A stretch of DNA of 64,000 nt from Candidatus Levybacteria bacterium RIFCSPHIGHO2_01_FULL_41_15 (GTDB lineage Bacteria > Patescibacteriota > Microgenomatia > Levybacterales > UBA12049). This document shows positions 42,801 through 52,054 of this stretch, piece after piece (the first letter of the stretch is position 1; each line of letters starts with the position of its first letter). Made by a program: the position numbers and the translations under genes. The stretch lies in assembly GCA_001782165.1 (NCBI GenBank), contig MFNV01000006.1:444-64443 (forward strand), read 5' to 3'. The notes beneath the pieces are model-generated. The model made no database searches, was not told where the DNA came from, and saw only the letters and a list, made by a program, of their open reading frames with translations.

Positions 42801-43589
42801 TTGATAAATTCCCTCCATTCATATATAATTAGTCTTCCTATGAAAGAAATTTACCAAGGAACTCCATTTAGACAACTTTTAAGACCTGTTCCAGATGACG
42901 GGAATCAACATCTCTATACTCTTGATGGTAATCCAAACTACGTCGTGAGACAAAATCGTATAATTGTTTCCGAGGGGGTACCCCAGCTTAACAAAATTGA
43001 TATCGCCGAAGCATTATTTGAAGAATTGGAAAGAGATTATGGAATTCACGTTGTCCCATTTGACACCGTAGTAGGACTGGGTGAAGACAATCTGACCTCT
43101 GCTTTTATGATAGTAGATAAGGTAAAGGGTGCAGAATTACCCAAGGCCCAAGTCAGCGAACAAGAAGCCAAAGAATTTTTTTCAAATCTTCTTAGGTATC
43201 ACATAGATAAATTTGAACAAGGAGGTTTTTTTCTGTGTGATCTGAATCCCGACGATTTTATGTATGGGAACACAGAGAAAGACACGACAAAAAAAGTCTA
43301 TTTAGTTGACCTTGATCAATTTTATGAGTTTTTTGACGATTTAAATCCAAATCAGAAAAATGAATATTTTTCAACAAATCTTGAGGGTCTAAATGATATA
43401 TTAAATACTCTCGAGAAAAATTCTAAATCAGACCTTGGTGGACTTCGAGAAGATTACTTAGCGTTTTTGAGAAGAATAAGAAACTTACTCCACCCAGCGG
43501 ATCAAGAAACAATCGATAGTATTCTTGAAAATAATAGAAAATTAACTACTGAAGATATGGGAGTGGGTTTACAAGAACCCCGTTTTTGA
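42801..43589 (+). CDS. Hypothetical protein, possibly protein-kinase-like fold (APH/CAK-like)
   Basis: FFLCDLNPDDFMYGN and VYLVDLDQF resemble HGDLHxxN / DxD catalytic segments; weak. Confidence 0.3.
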   Translation: MINSLHSYIISLPMKEIYQGTPFRQLLRPVPDDGNQHLYTLDGNPNYVVRQNRIIVSEGVPQLNKIDIAEALFEELERDYGIHVVPFDTVVGLGEDNLTSAFMIVDKVKGAELPKAQVSEQEAKEFFSNLLRYHIDKFEQGGFFLCDLNPDDFMYGNTEKDTTKKVYLVDLDQFYEFFDDLNPNQKNEYFSTNLEGLNDILNTLEKNSKSDLGGLREDYLAFLRRIRNLLHPADQETIDSILENNRKLTTEDMGVGLQEPRF

Positions 43590-44667
43590 TTACTTCAAAA
43601 TGAAGATGGGATCCTGTTGTTCTTCCTGTTAAACCAACCGATCCTATAACAGTCTTCCCTGCTGTCACATTATCCCCTGCCGAAACACTTATAGTACTCA
43701 TATGTGTGTAATGTGTTTCTGTTCCGCTTCCATCTGAAATATAAACATTATTCCCGTATCCCCCGTCCCAAGTTCCAACAATAACTCTTGATACTGTTCC
43801 CGATTGTGCCGCGACAATCGGTGTGCCAATTGGAGAAACAATATCTATTGCCGTATGATACCACGATGCAAATTGACTTATATACCCCTGAACAGGCCAT
43901 GTAAATCCTGCAGAAGATATCGAAACAGGCCCCTGAACAAGATAAACTTCCCTTCTTATGGAGGGCTTTTCGGAAGGCTTTATTCCATCTGGAACTATAA
44001 GAATCTGGCCTTCTACCAAAGAAAATGTCTCAGGATTTGCAAAATCATTAAAAGGGAAATCTACTATCTTCTGTGGATTTGTGTCAAACTTCTTCGCAAT
44101 GGTATAAACCGACTCACCTTTTTCAACCTTATGAGCAATTCCCGTTACGGGAAGGACCTTAAGCTCATCTCCCACCGTTATATTATCTCCTGTCAAATTA
44201 TTTGCCCATTTAATTGTTTCCTGCGAGATTCCGAATTTTTGGGCGATTGTCGAAATTGTGTCTCCTTTTTCCACTCTGTAGGTAATAATTTTGTCTCTTG
44301 GCTTTTGAGAAATATCGGTCCTAAGAATATCCTCGCCTACGATTATTGACTGCGGTTGTGAAGAGGACTCGAGGGCCGAAACTGAAGAGCTATTCGAAAA
44401 AACCGGATATGTACTTGCGAGAAAGGGCGCAAGAAGAACACCAATGCCTAAAATTCCCATAATTGCAAGGTGCAAAAAAGACCGGCTGTACCGACCCCTT
44501 TTTATCATAAAAAGTTTAACAAGGCTATTCTTATTATCTTCAAATACCAATGATGCTGACAGAATTTTCTTTTTAAAGAAGAAAACAAGGAAACTTAGGA
44601 AGGAAAAAAGCTCGAAAAAAAACTTTGATAAAAAGACTATTATCCGGGAAATTGGGTGTTTTCGCAT
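43546..44667 (-). CDS. LysM-domain M23-family peptidoglycan endopeptidase
   Basis: N-terminal TM; LysM repeats YRVEKGDTISTIAQKFGIS, HKVEKGESVYTIAKKF; M23 HTAIDIV...GSHLHFEV. Confidence 0.8.
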   Translation of the reverse strand: MRKHPISRIIVFLSKFFFELFSFLSFLVFFFKKKILSASLVFEDNKNSLVKLFMIKRGRYSRSFLHLAIMGILGIGVLLAPFLASTYPVFSNSSSVSALESSSQPQSIIVGEDILRTDISQKPRDKIITYRVEKGDTISTIAQKFGISQETIKWANNLTGDNITVGDELKVLPVTGIAHKVEKGESVYTIAKKFDTNPQKIVDFPFNDFANPETFSLVEGQILIVPDGIKPSEKPSIRREVYLVQGPVSISSAGFTWPVQGYISQFASWYHTAIDIVSPIGTPIVAAQSGTVSRVIVGTWDGGYGNNVYISDGSGTETHYTHMSTISVSAGDNVTAGKTVIGSVGLTGRTTGSHLHFEVIKNGVLVNPLPYLQ

Positions 44668-44760
44668 ATAGAAAAATACAACTTAAAAGGTTAACAGATA
44701 AGCGGTGCTATGTCAAATCGAAAGAGGGATAAATTGCTCAATTGTTATATCGCTGAATTG

Positions 44761-44798
44761 TTAAACTTCGCCATTTCGCATTTCGAATGCATGAAAAG
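44761..44798. repeat. REP-B copy (ttaaacttcgccatttcgcatttcgaatgcatgaaaag)
   Basis: Matches 20781..20823. Confidence 0.5.
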
Positions 44799-44805
44799 TT
44801 GATTA

Positions 44806-44910
44806 GTGCGTCAGGTCATTCGACTCTGAGGGATGATGCCCTCAGGCTCAGACTCGAAGAGGGAATTCCCGCCTTGTGCGGGGAGGGGGTGTTACCACCC
44901 GAAGAACGAG
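44806..44910. repeat. GC-richer multi-hairpin element E2, related to E1 at 3947..4070
   Basis: gtcattcgactctgaggg...ccctcaggctcagactcgaagaggg...gggtgttaccaccc; several short stems. Confidence 0.4.
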
Positions 44911-45001
44911 TTTAATTACGAAAGCACGAAATGAGGCTTGTCAAGAGCTTTTGTTTCTTTTCTCGGCAGAAAAGAAGAAGGAAGATTATTTACAAAGAGC
45001 T

Positions 45002-46237
45002 TTATCCCTTCCCAAGGGAAGCAAGAAATTCTTCGTTGGTTTCAACCTTTGAAAGTCTCTCAACAATAATAGCAGTTCTCTCTTCAGGCGAGAGCATATC
45101 AATCATTCTTCTCATTGTTACAACCTTTTTAAGATGGTCGGGAGGCAAGATGAGTTCTTCCTGTCGGGTTCCTGATCTTTCAATATCAATACTCGGGAAT
45201 ATTCTTCTATCGGACAGCTTTCGGTCAAGATGAAGTTCCATATTTCCCGTTCCCTTAAACTCTTCATAAATAAGATCATCCATTCGCGAACCCGTATCAA
45301 CAAGAGTTGTTCCGATTATTGTAAGGGATCCTCCCTCTTTGCAGTTTCGGGCCGCGCCAAAAAATTTTTTGGCAGGCCACAGCGCAGCCGGATCAAAACC
45401 ACCTGATAAAGTTCTTCCCGAAGGCGCAATAGCTAAATTATAAGCGCGGGCCAAACGAGTAATAGAATCAAGAAGAATAATTACATCAGTGCCCATCTCA
45501 ACAAGTCTTTTTGCACGATCAAGAGTAATTTCTGCAACTTTTGTTTGTTTCTCAGGCGGTTCATCAAAGTTTGAGGCAACAACATCTCCTTTTACAGAGG
45601 CAGTTATATCAGTAACCTCCTCGGGCCGCTCACCAATAAGAGCTGCCATAAGATGAGCTTTTGGAAAGTTCTGAGAAATTCCTGCCGCAATTTCTTTAAT
45701 AATAGTAGTTTTGCCTGCTTTTGGGGGCGAAACTATCATTCCTCTCTGTCCAAATCCAATTGGCGCGACAAGATCAATTATCCTGGTTGATAAAGGAAAT
45801 TTTCCTGTAGTAAGGGTGATTTGTTTCTTTGGATAAATCGGGACAAGATCATCAAAATAAAGACGTTTCATTGAATCATCCGCGGGAATTCCATTTACCT
45901 TCTCAACCTTCAAAAGCCCATAAAATCTTTCCGTATCCTTAGGAGGTCTACCTACTCCCTCGATTAAATCGCCGGGTCTTAGCATAAATCTTCTTATTTG
46001 AGATTGGGAAATATACACATCGCGGGCAGATGCAGTAAATTTGGGACGAAGAAACCCATGTCCCTCAGGCTGAATATCCAAAATGCCCGAGACCGGCTGA
46101 GTCTGAGCCTCCTCTATTCCCCGGGGAACAGTTAAAACTTTTGGAACTTCTTTCACTAAGGGAACTTCGGCGACTTGGGGTCTCCCGACGATATCATCTG
46201 CAGATTTTATCTTTGGAGTTTTCCGGGTGTATACCAT
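45002..46237 (-). CDS. rho: Transcription termination factor Rho
   Basis: GQRGMIVSPPKAGKTTIIKEIA P-loop, Rho RNA-binding N-terminal domain, 411 aa. Confidence 0.9.
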   Translation of the reverse strand: MVYTRKTPKIKSADDIVGRPQVAEVPLVKEVPKVLTVPRGIEEAQTQPVSGILDIQPEGHGFLRPKFTASARDVYISQSQIRRFMLRPGDLIEGVGRPPKDTERFYGLLKVEKVNGIPADDSMKRLYFDDLVPIYPKKQITLTTGKFPLSTRIIDLVAPIGFGQRGMIVSPPKAGKTTIIKEIAAGISQNFPKAHLMAALIGERPEEVTDITASVKGDVVASNFDEPPEKQTKVAEITLDRAKRLVEMGTDVIILLDSITRLARAYNLAIAPSGRTLSGGFDPAALWPAKKFFGAARNCKEGGSLTIIGTTLVDTGSRMDDLIYEEFKGTGNMELHLDRKLSDRRIFPSIDIERSGTRQEELILPPDHLKKVVTMRRMIDMLSPEERTAIIVERLSKVETNEEFLASLGKG

Positions 46238-46387
46238 ATTGAAAATTTAAAATTTGAAAAGACAATGGTCAATGATAAATGGTAAATCCAATGCTAATAT
46301 CAACATCTAAAATTTAAATTGCCGGATCATTTAGTGTGGGAATTTCTGAAGATTCAGAACAAATGTATTACATCATAAGAAGATTCC

Positions 46388-46483
46388 CATGTCAAGGGTC
46401 AATTTATAGGTCCTATAAGACCTATACGACTTATAAGTCTTATATTTTCCCCCCTTGACAAGGCCTATATTATGTGTTACTAT
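46388..46483 (+). promoter_or_regulatory. Composite regulatory module P1: inverted CCCTTGACA repeats, internal palindromes, consensus sigma70-type promoter TTGACA-17-TACTAT
   Basis: tgtcaaggg at 46389..46397 is the inverse of cccttgaca at 46452..46460; ATAGGTC/GACCTAT; GACTTATAAGTC; TTGACA 46455..46460, TACTAT 46478..46483. Homologous to 49550..49634. Confidence 0.45.
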
Positions 46484-46530
46484 CCCTTGCATCTAATGAT
46501 ACTGTACCTGATTAGTCAGTATCTTTTTTA

Positions 46531-47232
46531 TTGGATCAAACCATGAATAAAGTTTTTCTTTCAATTTTCGCTATTGCATTTTTTGCGCTTTTTGCGGTTT
46601 CTCAAAAAGCCTTAGCCGATACTGTTTGTCAGCCTATATATGGAGGCGGGCAAACTTGTGTTCAGGTAGGAAATATATTGGTTAACAAAACTGTTAAAAA
46701 CCCTCAAACAGGTGCTTTTGTTGACAATCTTAATATCAATGACCCCAAGCTTTTACCTCTATCAACTGTAACATTTCAGATCACTGTGACAAACACCGGA
46801 TCGGGCAATCTCTCTAAGATTACTGTTAAGGATACTCTTCCTTCTTTCGTAACTTTTGTTTCGGGTCCCGGAAGTTTCGATAGAAATACAAAAGTCTTAA
46901 CTTTCGAGGTTTCGAACCTTGGCGCCGGACAGTCTCAAACTTTCACACTTGAAGCAAAAACAGTTGAAGAAAACAAACTTCCCCAAGACCAGGGAATCGT
47001 TTGTGTGGTAAATCAGGTTTTGGCAACTTCCGATTCCAATCAAAGTTCTGACAATTCACAGTTTTGTATTGAAAAACCGGTAGTGGCGCCAGTTACAAAA
47101 GGCGGTCTTAAGGTATTCCCTGCACCAACTGTTGTAACCACACCTCCTACTGGTCCTGAGATGCTTTCTCTCATAGGTCTTATTCCTGCGGGAGGATTAG
47201 GATTTCTCCTTCGAAGAAAAGCCCGAAAGTAA
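46531..47232 (+). CDS. Secreted cell-surface protein with DUF11-like conserved repeat domain and C-terminal hydrophobic/basic anchor
   Basis: Signal peptide; TFQITVTNTGSGNLSKITVKDTLPSFVTFVSG; C-terminal LSLIGLIPAGGLGFLLRRKARK. Confidence 0.55.
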   Translation: MDQTMNKVFLSIFAIAFFALFAVSQKALADTVCQPIYGGGQTCVQVGNILVNKTVKNPQTGAFVDNLNINDPKLLPLSTVTFQITVTNTGSGNLSKITVKDTLPSFVTFVSGPGSFDRNTKVLTFEVSNLGAGQSQTFTLEAKTVEENKLPQDQGIVCVVNQVLATSDSNQSSDNSQFCIEKPVVAPVTKGGLKVFPAPTVVTTPPTGPEMLSLIGLIPAGGLGFLLRRKARK

Positions 47233-47306
47233 ATCCTAAATTCAAAGCACCAAGCTCCAAATAATATTTAATCTTCAAACTATCAAAATTCAAAAATATT
47301 TTGAGA

Positions 47307-47358
47307 TTAGAATTTTGTATTTGGAATTTATTTGGGATTTTTAATTTTGAATTTGAGA
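47307..47358. repeat. Second copy of the AT-rich ~55-bp repeat (see 16027..16085)
   Basis: ttagaattttgtatttggaatttatttgggatttttaattttgaatttgag. Confidence 0.5.
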
Positions 47359-47359
47359 T

Positions 47360-49558
47360 TTACCCAACCGGCTTAGTATATTTTTCCCTTGAAACCCTTA
47401 CCACCTTTTCCCTGTTTTGAGTAACGCTCTTAGGAAGAGGAAGAGTCTGACACAGAAACGGCGACTGGGTAATTCCGTCAACGGCAAGTTTTATAACTGC
47501 TTGGAAATTCCCCAACAAAAGTAAATCTTCTGCCTTAAATCTCTCCCCAAATTCTTTCCCCACATAAGCTGAGTCTTGTGCGCCAATGAGAAACGACATC
47601 ATAGTTCCTACATTTCCGAAGATTGCCGCTCTTACATCTTCGGGAACTTGTGATATATATTGATTCGCAAGTATAAGGTTAAGTCGGTATTTTCGGGCTT
47701 CCGATAAAATCTTTATAAAACTTGTTGTTGCAAAATTCTGAAACTCATCAACATAAAGATAAAAATCCCTGCGTTCTGCCTCTGGCATCGAAACTCTGTT
47801 CATCGCCGCAAGCTGAATCTTGGTAATAGCCATTGCTCCCAAAAGCGCTGCATTATCCTCACCTATTCTTCCTTGCGACAGATTCAAAATTACAATTTTT
47901 CCTTCATTCATAATCTTTTCAAAATCAACTGTTGATTTGGGATTTTTAATAATATTTCGCATAAGGTGGGACGAAGTAAACTGTCCTACTTTGTTTAAGA
48001 TCGGTGAGATAGATTCACTCTTAAGCCTCGGCTGCATTTGCTCAAACTCATTAATCCAATAGTTTCTAAGAACCCTGTCTGTCATCTTCTCAACCACTCT
48101 GTGTCTGAAGTTATCATCCGTTAAGATATCCTGTACCATAAGAAGTGTCGCATCAGGCAGACTGATTACCGATAAAAGAGCGTTTCGCAGGATATATTCA
48201 AGTCTTGGTCCCCAAGTATGACCGTATAATTTATGAAAAATTGCAACAATCCCTGAGACCACGAGTTCTTTTTGTTCAGGGTTTTCAACAGACAATGGGT
48301 TTAGCGAAAAAGCATGTATCTTGTCCGAAGGATCAAGATAAACTACATCATTTACCCGGAAAGACGGGATGTAATTTAATAATATTTCGCAAAGATCACC
48401 GTGAGGATCGATTACGCAAATCCCTTTGCGGTTTCTGAAATCACTTATTGCCATATTTGCAATAAGTGTTGATTTTCCCGTCCCTGTTTTTCCGATGAGA
48501 TAAAAATGTTTTCGCCGGTCAGCAGATTTTATTCCGAAATTTGTAACTCTGTTTTTAAACTCGGTTTGCGCAAAAAAATTAGTTTCTGTTTTTTCCTGCG
48601 AAGTTAAATATTCGGCAACCGGAAGGTTTTCGGGAGGCTCGGAAAGTATAGTTTTATGCCATGAGATATTGTGAAGTGTTGCGAATTTGGATGTCGGAAA
48701 ATGGAAAAAACTTGCAATCTCCTCAACGTTTAATATCTGATTTGCCGGAACAAACCTTTTGTTTCTTTTAACAAGAGCGCTCATCATTCTTTTTTTCTGC
48801 CAAAGATAAGTCCGGCGAAGTTGAAAACTGTTACCGGAGGGGTTATTAAAAGATGAGAAACTATTTGCAATTTCATACAGGATCTGATGACTTCTCTCCC
48901 GATCTTGCGAAGAAACAGCAATTCTTATTGCCGTTTTGAAACCGTTGAGTTTTATCTTCTCAGAAATTACCTTGGCATAGGGGTTTTGTTGAACTACTCC
49001 TGCGGAATCCTTTTTCTTAGTATTAATTGTTCTCTCTCCTGTCCTTTGCCATCCCGAACCGATTGGTATTAGCAAAACCTGTATCCAGATTTTGTCCTCT
49101 TTTTTTGCTTTTGACAGAACCGAAACAAGAGAAGACATGGGATCAACATCCTTAAAATCGCGAAAAGTCCGAAGTGGGTAAAGATATCCGGACGATATTT
49201 TCATCTGACCAAAGGTCAAATTATTTCTGTTCGAAAGAATTTCAGAAAGAGGATCCCCGCGGGTCTTTAGAAAAAGAGCTTTAGGATACTGGGAAACAAG
49301 CTGGGATTCTATAAAAGTCGTTAGAGTTTGAGGGACTGATATATAAAAATGGATAGTTTGATCTATTACTCCAATCTCCAATGTAATGGGGATTGCAAAT
49401 GAAACAAGATTTAGAACTCTTTTCTTAAGAGAAACAAGACTCGAGAGGAACTGAACCATCGCCTCCGGACTTTCTTCCCCTGTCCTTGAAGTTTTAACCT
49501 CAAGAAGAATTCTGTCGGATTTATTTTCCATAGTCTTATTATACGACATATAAGTCAC
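47360..49558 (-). CDS. Type-IV-secretion coupling-protein-like P-loop ATPase (TraG/TraD/VirD4 family-like), no N-terminal TM
   Basis: Walker A FYLIGKTGTGKST followed by CVIDPHGDL; Walker B-like YLYVDEFQNF; 732 aa. Confidence 0.55.
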   Translation of the reverse strand: MTYMSYNKTMENKSDRILLEVKTSRTGEESPEAMVQFLSSLVSLKKRVLNLVSFAIPITLEIGVIDQTIHFYISVPQTLTTFIESQLVSQYPKALFLKTRGDPLSEILSNRNNLTFGQMKISSGYLYPLRTFRDFKDVDPMSSLVSVLSKAKKEDKIWIQVLLIPIGSGWQRTGERTINTKKKDSAGVVQQNPYAKVISEKIKLNGFKTAIRIAVSSQDRERSHQILYEIANSFSSFNNPSGNSFQLRRTYLWQKKRMMSALVKRNKRFVPANQILNVEEIASFFHFPTSKFATLHNISWHKTILSEPPENLPVAEYLTSQEKTETNFFAQTEFKNRVTNFGIKSADRRKHFYLIGKTGTGKSTLIANMAISDFRNRKGICVIDPHGDLCEILLNYIPSFRVNDVVYLDPSDKIHAFSLNPLSVENPEQKELVVSGIVAIFHKLYGHTWGPRLEYILRNALLSVISLPDATLLMVQDILTDDNFRHRVVEKMTDRVLRNYWINEFEQMQPRLKSESISPILNKVGQFTSSHLMRNIIKNPKSTVDFEKIMNEGKIVILNLSQGRIGEDNAALLGAMAITKIQLAAMNRVSMPEAERRDFYLYVDEFQNFATTSFIKILSEARKYRLNLILANQYISQVPEDVRAAIFGNVGTMMSFLIGAQDSAYVGKEFGERFKAEDLLLLGNFQAVIKLAVDGITQSPFLCQTLPLPKSVTQNREKVVRVSREKYTKPVG

Positions 49559-49634
49559 TTAAGTCACTTAAGTCTTATTTCCCCTAAAAAGGCGAGCTTT
49601 TCAGCTTGACAAAGCCTATAATATTTGGTACAAT
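49550..49634 (+). promoter_or_regulatory. Module P2: (TAAGTCACT) repeats, cttatttcccc, consensus promoter TTGACA(49606..49611)-17-TACAAT(49629..49634), directed into the GC-rich island
   Basis: Homologous to P1 (cttgacaaRgcctataWtat); perfect 17-nt spacer. Confidence 0.5.
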
Positions 49635-49724
49635 CCGCAAGCTTTTTTAGCACACCCACCCAAATTGCGGGTTTGCTGTGGTAAACAGGCAGTGCTTTGG
49701 CAGAAATTGTCGCAAGATTATTTC

Positions 49725-49746
49725 TTTCAAAGAACGTTCTTTGAAA
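49725..49746 (+). promoter_or_regulatory. Perfect 10-bp inverted repeat TTTCAAAGAA-cg-TTCTTTGAAA between promoter P2 and the first island ORF; operator or 5'-UTR hairpin
   Basis: Read directly; 35 nt upstream of SD AAGGAGG at 49781. Confidence 0.45.
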
Positions 49747-49793
49747 AGGTATGCAGAAATAATTTTTTAAACCCTAAGTAAAGGAGGTGTTTC

Positions 49794-49958
49794 GTGTCAG
49801 CCACCGAAATAGGACTGCAGATTGCCATAGTACTGCTTGCCGGCATCTGGTTCCCTGTGATCCTTGCGCACTGGCGAAAGAGGCCTTTCGACGGCTTTGT
49901 TCTAGGACTGCTGGGCATAATGATAACTAGCATCCTTGAACTCTTGCTGTGGGCCTAG
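49794..49958 (+). CDS. Island ORF 1: 54-aa two-TM membrane peptide (GTG start, SD AAGGAGGTG)
   Basis: VSATEIGLQIAIVLLAGIWFPVILAHWRKRPFDGFVLGLLGIMITSILELLLWA. Confidence 0.45.
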   Translation: MSATEIGLQIAIVLLAGIWFPVILAHWRKRPFDGFVLGLLGIMITSILELLLWA

Positions 49959-50023
49959 CTTGACAACCGAATATAGCAATCGTTCTAGCCTTCGCGCAAG
50001 CGAGGAGACAAAGGAGGACTCAA

Positions 50024-50266
50024 ATGGGGAGCCTAATCGAGTTCTACTCAAGGCCCCTTGAGTGGGTTGCAAAAGTACCCCACTCAATTCACAGTCGTCC
50101 TAGCGACGATAGCGGTTGGGGGTCAGCTTGTTATGCTAGCCCTGCTGATCAAGGCCGCCATCGACTGGATCTAGCCTCCGCGGAAGCGCGTGAAGAGATC
50201 CCTGAAAGGAGGCGATGTGAAATCGTTGATCGACGCTTACCTTCTGTTTGGCAGGCTTCTGTTTAA
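50024..50266 (+). CDS. Island ORF 2: 80-aa hydrophilic protein (SD AAAGGAGG 9 nt upstream); an alternative overlapping SD+GTG ORF at 50217..50294 (25 aa)
   Basis: SD then ATG; coding status of the two overlapping frames is unresolved. Confidence 0.3.
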   Translation: MGSLIEFYSRPLEWVAKVPHSIHSRPSDDSGWGSACYASPADQGRHRLDLASAEAREEIPERRRCEIVDRRLPSVWQASV

Positions 50267-50401
50267 ACGCAGATGGCCAACCAGGCGAAGGTAAATCCAC
50301 CCAGCGCTTGTGTTCGCTCAAGTCAAGCTTCAGAAATCGCGTCTAACGCGACAAAGAGGCTGACAAGATGCGCGCACAAGCTAGCTTCAAAAGGAGGTTC
50401 C

Positions 50402-50560
50402 GTGGCTCGAAGCGAGAGAAAGAAGCGCAAACAACAGAGTAACGGAAGCGGCAAGCTGAAGCGCAGGCCAGAACCACCACCCGATGAAAAGCCCCCAGAC
50501 GAGGAGAAATCCCCTCTTTCTAGCTCAAGTAGCACAAGTAAAGGAGGCAGTCGGATGTGA
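50402..50560 (+). CDS. Island ORF 3: 52-aa basic/acidic low-complexity peptide (SD AAGGAGG at 50391 then GTG; the longer ATG form starts at 50273)
   Basis: VARSERKKRKQQSNGSGKLKRRPEPPPDEKPPDEEKSPLSSSSSTSKGGSRM; stop TGA overlaps the next GTG (GTGA). Confidence 0.35.
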   Translation: MARSERKKRKQQSNGSGKLKRRPEPPPDEKPPDEEKSPLSSSSSTSKGGSRM

Positions 50561-50688
50561 ACGGCAAGAAACGTCCTCCCAAACAACCGAATAGCGGGAA
50601 GCACCGCCATCGGCATAGGAACGGCAATAACCTTCGATTTCGCGGACCCCGAGGGATAATGACGGCAAGAAAGGAAGCGAGAAGATGA
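50557..50688 (+). CDS. Island ORF 4: 43-aa highly basic peptide
   Basis: SD AAGGAGG at 50541; VNGKKRPPKQPNSGKHRHRHRNGNNLRFRGPRGIMTARKEARR; stop overlaps the next ATG (ATGA). Confidence 0.35.
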   Translation: MNGKKRPPKQPNSGKHRHRHRNGNNLRFRGPRGIMTARKEARR

Positions 50689-50798
50689 GGCAACTCATTA
50701 TAATCGCTATCCTGACTGCTGTAGGGATCGGCATTTACCTCATCCTGCGAAAGCCGAGGAGGAAACCACGAAAGGACGCTCATGGACGAAGCGAATGA
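50685..50798 (+). CDS. Island ORF 5: 37-aa single-TM peptide
   Basis: MRQLIIIAILTAVGIGIYLILRKPRRKPRKDAHGRSE. Confidence 0.4.
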   Translation: MRQLIIIAILTAVGIGIYLILRKPRRKPRKDAHGRSE

Positions 50799-51039
50799 AG
50801 ATCGCCTGACAAAGATGCGAAAGCGCGTGGAGGTAGTCGTTGTGTTAATAGCCATCTTGGCTTTAATAAGCCTTGTGGCTTTGTTCCTCTCGATCAACAA
50901 TCGGGAAGACACGACGACACCGACACCCACACCAACGGCAACGAACCTTAATCTAGAGGAGGTGATGCCTAGCAACACTAACCTCGTATTGACAAGCCTA
51001 ACCTCGCCAATGGCGAGCGTATCACACTTGGAGGTGTGA
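50782..51039 (+). CDS. Island ORF 6: 85-aa single-TM protein with Thr/Pro linker
   Basis: ...RKRVEVVVVLIAILALISLVALFLSINNREDTTTPTPTPTATN...; overlaps ORF 5 end. Confidence 0.4.
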   Translation: MDEANEDRLTKMRKRVEVVVVLIAILALISLVALFLSINNREDTTTPTPTPTATNLNLEEVMPSNTNLVLTSLTSPMASVSHLEV

Positions 51040-51040
51040 A

Positions 51041-52054
51041 ATGACCGAAAATGTCAACAACACTGGACAACCGAATAACGACGGCAACGATGTTGTCAGC
51101 CCTCCCCCGTCTGAGCCCCCGACCACAACCGGCGGCACAAGCGGCAGGGGCAACAGTGACCGCAACGGTGGTGGCACATCAGCGCTTTCTCCTGTACATT
51201 GGGCGTTCATTGTCATGGCAATGGCCGCTATCGCACTAGCCGCCTTCATCCTGGTGGATGCTCTCAGCGGCAGCGGCAACGGATCGACGGCGGCCAACGC
51301 GACCACGACACCGGCATCACCGGCTGCTCTGACCATGGTGTCCTTTCCAACCCTGACGCCCGCGGCTGCAGGCACTGGCACGATTCCCGATCTCCCCAAG
51401 GACGCTTCTCACGGGAAGTGGACCATTAAGGAGAACGCGGCCATCGACAGCGACCCTATCGTGAGAGACGTACTCGACCGGCTTGAGGATCCGAATCCCA
51501 GCCAGTGGAAGTATTTCCCGAACGTCGGAAACCCGGATCGTCCGGATTTCCCGTCTGAGCCTGACCGGCCAGCACCATGGGGCGCTGAATACGGCGTAGC
51601 AAACGTGCCGTTCTGTCAGCAGGACATGCGGTGCGACTTCCAAGTTCCGGGCTGGAGCTACCGTCTTGTGACGGCCGACTACGGCTTTCTGGACAGGACA
51701 TGCCAGAACGACGGCACCAAGGGATGCTTGCTTTTGCTCATCAACGTGAGCGATCAATCATTCACCTGGCGCAACCAGATGGCCGACAACGGCTTTACGG
51801 TTCACGGTCGCTACTGGGACGGTGATCATCTCGAGTGGGCTATTCTCGGACTGACGAGCCACGCCAGCGCCAACATGCTGAACCTGCCGACCTTTGCCCG
51901 TGCGGGCGAGGTCCTCAACGCAGGAGGCAGCTCAAGCAATGCCGGCGCCAACTGTGGCAACCAGCCAGAGTCTTGTGCATCCGTCGATGTACGCGTAGTC
52001 GTCCATGCGGGTGAGCGTGTGCTCGCGGAAGCGACAATCGTAGTCAACCGGTAG
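51041..52054 (+). CDS. Island ORF 7: 337-aa membrane-anchored protein: Pro/Thr/Gly-rich N-terminus, one TM, extracytoplasmic Cys-containing domain
   Basis: SD GGAGGTG then ATG one nt after ORF 6 stop; TM HWAFIVMAMAAIALAAFILV; 8 Cys in the C-terminal domain. Confidence 0.5.
   Translation: MTENVNNTGQPNNDGNDVVSPPPSEPPTTTGGTSGRGNSDRNGGGTSALSPVHWAFIVMAMAAIALAAFILVDALSGSGNGSTAANATTTPASPAALTMVSFPTLTPAAAGTGTIPDLPKDASHGKWTIKENAAIDSDPIVRDVLDRLEDPNPSQWKYFPNVGNPDRPDFPSEPDRPAPWGAEYGVANVPFCQQDMRCDFQVPGWSYRLVTADYGFLDRTCQNDGTKGCLLLLINVSDQSFTWRNQMADNGFTVHGRYWDGDHLEWAILGLTSHASANMLNLPTFARAGEVLNAGGSSSNAGANCGNQPESCASVDVRVVVHAGERVLAEATIVVNR

Noticed and set aside
50136-51757. Minus-strand ORFs in the GC-rich island (50323..50616, 50520..50978, 51022..51399, 51317..51757 and others)
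   Set aside because: High GC produces long spurious ORFs. They lack SD sites, give low-complexity translations, and are antisense to SD-preceded, translationally coupled plus-strand ORFs.
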